Shown: positions 58,847-64,000 of the stretch, in pieces
Numbering within the stretch: position 1 is the stretch's first letter
Layout of the letters: each line of letters opens with the position of its first letter
Origin: Candidatus Hodarchaeota archaeon
GTDB lineage: Archaea > Asgardarchaeota > Lokiarchaeia > Sigyniarchaeales > SOKP01
Length of the DNA: 64,000 nucleotides
Assembly: GCA_048887225.1 (NCBI GenBank)
Contig: JBHLJY010000001.1
Location: 1 to 64,000, forward strand
Direction: 5' to 3'
Translations under genes and position numbers: made by a program
The notes under the pieces: model-generated
Database searches by the model: none
The model's input: the letters and a program-made list of their open reading frames with translations, nothing else
What the model was told of the DNA's origin: nothing

Positions 58847-59638
58847 CTAGGAATTATTTACATTTAGTTTACTTTCAGCGATTTTTCTCTCATTAATATC
58901 TTGTAATATTACTTGTATATAAGTTTCTTGCTCAATCTTTACAGTGTGAGCGTAAATCGTGTTCCAAATTAAATTTCTTTCACTGTCATATAACTGTATA
59001 TCAATAGGTTCGATTTCTGATTTTTCGAAGAGTTCAACAAATTTCCTATTTAAGAGAGATTTATATTCTTTTGGAACTATGTTAATTAACTCCCGAAAGT
59101 TTTGTCCCAATATTTCCTCTCTAAGATATCCATAATCTTCTAATTTGCGATTTATATCCACAATTATTCCATTTTCGTCTAATATTATTACAATAAAAGG
59201 AATATATTCAAATAATTGACGATACTTGACTTCTGATTGAATTAATTTTTTTTTAATTTCTCTTTTATCTGAAATATCCTTTGAAAGGAAGAACATCTTA
59301 TATGTGGAATCTTGACTTTTATAATAATACCCACGAACTTCAAACCATTTATAAGTTCCATCTTTAAGCCTGAATCTTATCTCCACCTTTCCTTTTCTAT
59401 CAAATAAATCTCTAAATTGTTGTGGAGTTATTATATCATCGGGATGCATTAAATCAAATGAGGTCTTTCCAATTAAATCATCTTTGGTATATCCCATGAT
59501 TGTTTTATATGTAGACTCATTAATCCAAAGAAATTCAAATTTATTGTTTAGTAAGGTAATTAATTCATTTGATCCTTCAAATATAAAATTCAATATATTA
59601 TATAGTTGAGGTATAGCTCTCTCTGATCCTTGTTCCAT
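58847..59638 (-). CDS. Tandem PAS-domain protein with no output domain
   Basis: Two PAS/PAC units (MHPDD..KDGTYKWFE..KDIS; ILDENG..QDINERK). Confidence 0.85.
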   Translation of the reverse strand: MEQGSERAIPQLYNILNFIFEGSNELITLLNNKFEFLWINESTYKTIMGYTKDDLIGKTSFDLMHPDDIITPQQFRDLFDRKGKVEIRFRLKDGTYKWFEVRGYYYKSQDSTYKMFFLSKDISDKREIKKKLIQSEVKYRQLFEYIPFIVIILDENGIIVDINRKLEDYGYLREEILGQNFRELINIVPKEYKSLLNRKFVELFEKSEIEPIDIQLYDSERNLIWNTIYAHTVKIEQETYIQVILQDINERKIAESKLNVNNS

Positions 59639-59914
59639 AATTATTATCCCTTTTTTTAAGAAAAAATTCCTTAATATTATAAAATATTTCTTGAGTTGTT
59701 TGTAATAAAAAAAAAGTATTCTTTTTTAATTATTTTCTTTAACTGTTCTGTATAAGATATTGACACGAATTAACTTATCGATAATAATTTTTAACAGAAT
59801 TTTATGAAATCAGAAAAACATTGAAAACTATAAAAAACTAAAGAAAGAATTATATTTCATTACAAATTAAAAACAGAAAATATAGTTGAAAATAATAATT
59901 TAAGGTAGGAGAAA

Positions 59915-61114
59915 ATGTGGTATTTTCTTAGTCCTCAAATAATGTATGGAGAAGGTGCTTTAGACTTTTTAGAAAATATTTCTGGTGAGAAGTGTTTTAT
60001 AGTCACAGACAAAAACTTGGAAGAATTAGGATATTTAAAGATATTAACAGATAAATTAGAAAAATTCGGAAAACAATTTAAAGTATTCAACGAAGTTGTT
60101 CCAGATCCTCACGAAGACGACGTTTTGAAAGCAAGGGAACAGTGTTTATTGTATAAACCTAATTTAATTCTTGCTTTAGGTGGAGGCTCTGTTATAGATT
60201 CTGCCAGGGCTGTGTGGTTCTTATATGAATTCCCCGACTTAAATCTTGATGATATACACGTGCTTAATCCAATAATATATAATATAGGGAAAAAGTCAAA
60301 ATTTATAGCAATCCCAACTACTTCGGGGACAGGAGCAGAAGCAACAAACGTTAGTGTCATCTCTAGATTCGTAAATGATATTTGGATGAAATATTTTTAT
60401 TTACATAAAAGTTTGATTCCTACATACGCCTTAGTCGATCCAATTTTTCCTAAAGGAATGCCCCCTAAATTAACTACATATACTGCTTTTGATGCGCTGT
60501 CACATGCAATCGAGGGTATGGTTTCTCTTTGGAAAAACGAGTTTAGTTATGCTTTAGGGTTAAAAGCTATAGAACTTATTTTTAAATGGTTGCCTATCGC
60601 TTATAAAGATGGCAATAACATGGAAGCGAGAAATTTTCTACATCAAGCAGCAACAATGGCTGGACAAGCTGTAAATAATGGGCAAGTTCATATAGGACAT
60701 ACAATGGGTCATACTTGGGGAGCTGTTTTTCACACTTCGCATGGACAAGCAGTTGGTATTTTTCTATTATATGTCACTCAGTTTGCCTTGAATAATCCCG
60801 ACGATCGGGAAAAAACAGTTGAAACTTATGCCAAAATGGCAAAACAATTAGGATGGGCCAAATGGGATGATGATGATAAGAAGGCTGCTTATACAGTTAT
60901 AGATAAAATTAAAGAACTACAAAAAGAAGTTGATTTTTCTCATAGGCTAAGTGATTTAGGAATAACAAGGGAAGATCTTGAAGAAAACTTAGATCAGTTA
61001 GTTGGTATATGTTATCAAGATCCCAGTGGAGTTTTAACTCCGAGAACCCCAAGCGGAGAAGATTATAAAAATATTTACAGGTACGCTTTCGAAGGAAAAG
61101 ATATTGACTTTTAA
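59915..61114 (+). CDS. Iron-containing alcohol dehydrogenase (paralog of 22987-24204)
   Basis: GGGSVID, IPTTSGTGAE, DALSH, HIGHTMGH, SHG. Confidence 0.92.
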   Translation: MWYFLSPQIMYGEGALDFLENISGEKCFIVTDKNLEELGYLKILTDKLEKFGKQFKVFNEVVPDPHEDDVLKAREQCLLYKPNLILALGGGSVIDSARAVWFLYEFPDLNLDDIHVLNPIIYNIGKKSKFIAIPTTSGTGAEATNVSVISRFVNDIWMKYFYLHKSLIPTYALVDPIFPKGMPPKLTTYTAFDALSHAIEGMVSLWKNEFSYALGLKAIELIFKWLPIAYKDGNNMEARNFLHQAATMAGQAVNNGQVHIGHTMGHTWGAVFHTSHGQAVGIFLLYVTQFALNNPDDREKTVETYAKMAKQLGWAKWDDDDKKAAYTVIDKIKELQKEVDFSHRLSDLGITREDLEENLDQLVGICYQDPSGVLTPRTPSGEDYKNIYRYAFEGKDIDF

Positions 61115-61227
61115 ATTTAATTTTTTTTCTTTTTTCTCAATTAAATTGAATTTACTTTCCATGTAAGTTTAATTATTCCTTAATATCCTATTTGTGGAAC
61201 AAAATTAATAGAAAATATTTAAGAACT

Positions 61228-61476
61228 TTAGCCACCAGCAATTATAGGGAATAAAGCAACGATATCTCCGCTTTTAAGAACGAAGTTACTTTCTATGTGG
61301 GGTCTTCCATTAACCATAATAATGAGGTTCCTATCATCCTTAGAAATTTTATATTTTTCCAGAATTGCTTTGATGGTACTCCCTTCCTGTAAGTCTAGGA
61401 CAGTTCGATCTGGTCCATATTCCCTTAAATCAGCAAATAACTTAACTGTTACTGAGATAGCATTAGTTTTAGTCAT
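61228..61476 (-). CDS. MoaD/ThiS/SAMP-like ubiquitin-fold sulfur carrier with C-terminal GG
   Basis: VKLFADLRE, MVNG, GDIVALFPIIAGG*. Confidence 0.92.
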   Translation of the reverse strand: MTKTNAISVTVKLFADLREYGPDRTVLDLQEGSTIKAILEKYKISKDDRNLIIMVNGRPHIESNFVLKSGDIVALFPIIAGG

Positions 61477-61756
61477 TTTCTACTTTTTTAAAATACCACT
61501 TATACAACAATCCCATTCTTTTGGGGAATATTGCCACTCTATCCCCATCATTGACTTTTTTTCCAAATCCAGAAAATATTCCACTTACAAAAATATGGCT
61601 GGTTTCTGATTCATCTATAGTGAACTTTTTAAGAATGTCAGATACCGTCTCTATATCTTCATTTTTGATCATCATTGTTATAGGAGCACCCCCCTTAGCG
61701 ATTTGATTTTTTACTTTTTCTCTTAATTCTCCAAAGAATTTGATTTCTATTGGCAT
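61469..61756 (-). CDS. MoaD/ThiS-like beta-grasp protein lacking C-terminal GG
   Basis: IKFFGELRE, HIFVSG, DGDRVAIFP then RMGLLYKWYF tail; 8-nt overlap with next gene. Confidence 0.85.
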   Translation of the reverse strand: MPIEIKFFGELREKVKNQIAKGGAPITMMIKNEDIETVSDILKKFTIDESETSHIFVSGIFSGFGKKVNDGDRVAIFPKRMGLLYKWYFKKVEND

Positions 61757-61849
61757 TGTTTATTAGGATGACATTTAAATGAGATTATTTTTTTTCTTTA
61801 TTATAATATCAATTTATCTAGTATAAATTTGTAAATAAAATCTTTTTTT

Positions 61850-62338
61850 TTAAAATGTAACAATATCTCCATCTCTAAGAACGAAATTCACATTAGAGCA
61901 AGGTTTTTCATTAACCTTGATTTTAATATTATTTTTATCCTTAGAAAATTTGTATTTTTTTAGTAATGATTTAAGAGTGCTCCCTTCAGGTATTTCTATC
62001 ACTGTTTCAGCCAGTCCATATTCTCTTAAATCACCATCAAGTTGGATTTTAACTGAGATAAATTTATCTATTGCAATTTCTAAGAACATCAATGCCATTC
62101 GCCTCGGGAATAATCCTACTCGGTCTCCATCCCTAATCCTTCTTCCAATTTCAGAATATTTTCCATTAACAAATATATGACTTATTTCAGTCTTTTCTAT
62201 GATCAGCTTTTTAAGAACATCTAATACAGTTTTAATCCCTTTATCTTCGATATTTAGTGTGATTGGAACACCTACATCGATGCTTTGTTGTTTGGCTTTT
62301 TCTTTTAAGTCTCCATATAATCTTACTTGTAGCGGCAT
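61850..62338 (-). CDS. Tandem two-domain MoaD/ThiS-like protein lacking C-terminal GG
   Basis: Domain 1 aligns with 61469-61756 and domain 2 with 61228-61476; ends DGDIVTF*; ATG 62338 preferred by alignment. Confidence 0.85.
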   Translation of the reverse strand: MPLQVRLYGDLKEKAKQQSIDVGVPITLNIEDKGIKTVLDVLKKLIIEKTEISHIFVNGKYSEIGRRIRDGDRVGLFPRRMALMFLEIAIDKFISVKIQLDGDLREYGLAETVIEIPEGSTLKSLLKKYKFSKDKNNIKIKVNEKPCSNVNFVLRDGDIVTF

Positions 62339-62534
62339 TTTCTTTAAGCTTTCTAGATTTAAAGATAATCGGTTATTAATATCCAATTTATCTAAGAAAT
62401 TAAGTCTAAATAAAATCTTTTTTTTTAAAAAATAAATTTCTATACAAATTTAAGAAAACAACATAGCAAAAAAAAAAACATAAATTTAAGATTATTTATC
62501 AACTTTTTTTAATTTATTTCAATGGGGTCTTATT

Positions 62535-63704
62535 ATGATTGATAAAACAAAAATAGCGATACAAAAGATAGATAATGATGACATAAAAACTGCGGTATTT
62601 AAAGCGCTTGAAATGATTAATGCCCAAGAATTAATGGTAAATGAAGATATGACTGTATTAATAAAACCAAATATTTTAATGGGTAAACCACCTGAAAGAG
62701 CAGTTAATACACATCCAGAAATAGTAAAATCTGTAATTCAATGGGTAAAACAATTCAATCCTTTAAAAATTTATGTAAGTGATTCTTCGGGTGGCCAAAA
62801 ATCTGGTATTACAAGAATTGCGATGCAAGAGAGTGGTATTCAGCTAGTTTGTGAGGAAGAAGGTGTAGAATGCATTCCTTTTGAAAAAACTATTACAGAA
62901 GATTATAAAGTATTAGAACCTCTTGAAATGAAAGAATTCACTAGTTCAAGATTGATTAGAGATGCCGATATTATAATTAACATACCTAAAATTAAGACAC
63001 ATTGGCAATGTATCCTTACATGCTGCATTAAAAATATGTTTGGAACAATATTATTAGGGAACAAAGCGAAAACTCATGGAGAATTTCCTGATTTAGACAG
63101 ATTTTGTGCAGCTTTAGTTGATATTTATTCAGTTTCTAAGCCACAATTAACAGTAATTGATGGTTTCTTTTGTCAAGAAGGAAATGGTCCAACTCAAGGT
63201 GATGTTGTTAAGTTAGATTTAATTTTAGCTGGTTATGATGGTGTTGCTTTAGACACGGCTGTTTGCAAAATTATTGGTTTTGATCCCAAAAAGATATTAT
63301 ACTTAGCAAAAGCGGAAGAAAAGGGATTAGGAACCACACATTTAGAAGATATAGAGTTTTTAGGAGAAAAAATTGAAGATGTATCTTGCGAATTTAAACA
63401 ACCAAAAAAATATAGAATTTTTAAACCAACAGTTAAATTCAATAATAATTGTAAACTATGTTATGAATGTTGGACAAACTGTCCAGCACAAGCCATAACG
63501 CGTCCAATACTGTCTAAAAAAATAATGACTCCAAAATGGAATAAAAAACCGTGTATAACGTGTTATTGTTGTGTTGAAATATGTCCAAACGAGGCTATTG
63601 ATTTTAAGATTAATTATATCAAAAATGCATTACTCGCGTTTTTATGTATTGGTTTAGTTTCGATCTTAGTTCTTTTAATATTTTTTATAACATGGATTAT
63701 TTAA
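62535..63704 (+). CDS. DUF362 protein with 2x[4Fe-4S] ferredoxin domain and C-terminal TM
   Basis: LIKPN, THPE, INIPKIKTH, KNMFG, EGNGP; CKLCYECWTNCP and CITCYCCVEICP. Confidence 0.9.
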   Translation: MIDKTKIAIQKIDNDDIKTAVFKALEMINAQELMVNEDMTVLIKPNILMGKPPERAVNTHPEIVKSVIQWVKQFNPLKIYVSDSSGGQKSGITRIAMQESGIQLVCEEEGVECIPFEKTITEDYKVLEPLEMKEFTSSRLIRDADIIINIPKIKTHWQCILTCCIKNMFGTILLGNKAKTHGEFPDLDRFCAALVDIYSVSKPQLTVIDGFFCQEGNGPTQGDVVKLDLILAGYDGVALDTAVCKIIGFDPKKILYLAKAEEKGLGTTHLEDIEFLGEKIEDVSCEFKQPKKYRIFKPTVKFNNNCKLCYECWTNCPAQAITRPILSKKIMTPKWNKKPCITCYCCVEICPNEAIDFKINYIKNALLAFLCIGLVSILVLLIFFITWII

Positions 63705-63917
63705 TAATTACGTATGTGAGAATCTTATTTAGTTCCAAATTCAGTTTCCATTAATATCTAATATAGATTGAAATTGGATTAAAATTGATGAAATTCACTA
63801 TTTTAAACATTATCCCTAAAGGTGATGAGGGAATTTATACAAAATTTATTTCATAAAATTGAGAGGAAAAAAAAGAGGGATTAGAAGAGAGCCTAGAATA
63901 GGTATCTCATTCGATTC

Positions 63918-64000
63918 TTAACTTTCAAAAACTTTATCAAGTTCATCATTGGGTACATCGAAAACTACATTATGTGGCGGAAGTTTCTCTTGTAAAAAGA
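63918..64000 (-). CDS. C-terminal end of a probable aldehyde:ferredoxin oxidoreductase (partial, runs off window)
   Basis: Manual translation ...FLQEKLPPHNVVFDVPNDELDKVFES* resembles AOR-family C-termini; next to MoaD cluster. Confidence 0.6.
   Translation of the reverse strand, partial: FLQEKLPPHNVVFDVPNDELDKVFES

Overview
AT-rich archaeal chromosomal DNA. Gene content points to an Asgard archaeon, most likely Lokiarchaeia/Promethearchaeia: two longin-like proteins, a single-domain gelsolin with a C-terminal extension, a roadblock-Rab-like GTPase fusion, a RING-H2-TPR protein, two histone types, Alba and a Sec11-type signal peptidase. The window holds a chromatin/repair block (alba, truncated-alpha3 histone, HD-nuclease remnant, nurA-herA-mre11-rad50), a thiolase/DUF35/MaoC group, two tungsten AOR/Fe-ADH modules (the second cut off at the right edge), a GH3 glycosidase, thiC-thiD, surface proteins and TPR proteins. 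I found no rRNA, tRNA, CRISPR array or transposase. Best novelty candidates: (1) a split dikinase-like phosphotransfer module at 36-41 kb (stand-alone phospho-His domain, stand-alone ATP-grasp, an unknown putative acceptor subunit, transporters); (2) an unannotated ~190-nt structured RNA candidate divergent from a histone gene; (3) an A/B plus fused A'-B' cluster of ubiquitin-like proteins; (4) the roadblock-GTPase-pseudoGTPase divergent from a RING-TPR E3-like gene; (5) an H1-like lysine-rich protein with a novel four-copy motif; (6) a hidden YhaM-like HD nuclease remnant upstream of nurA. All calls come from reading motifs by eye; no database searches were run.
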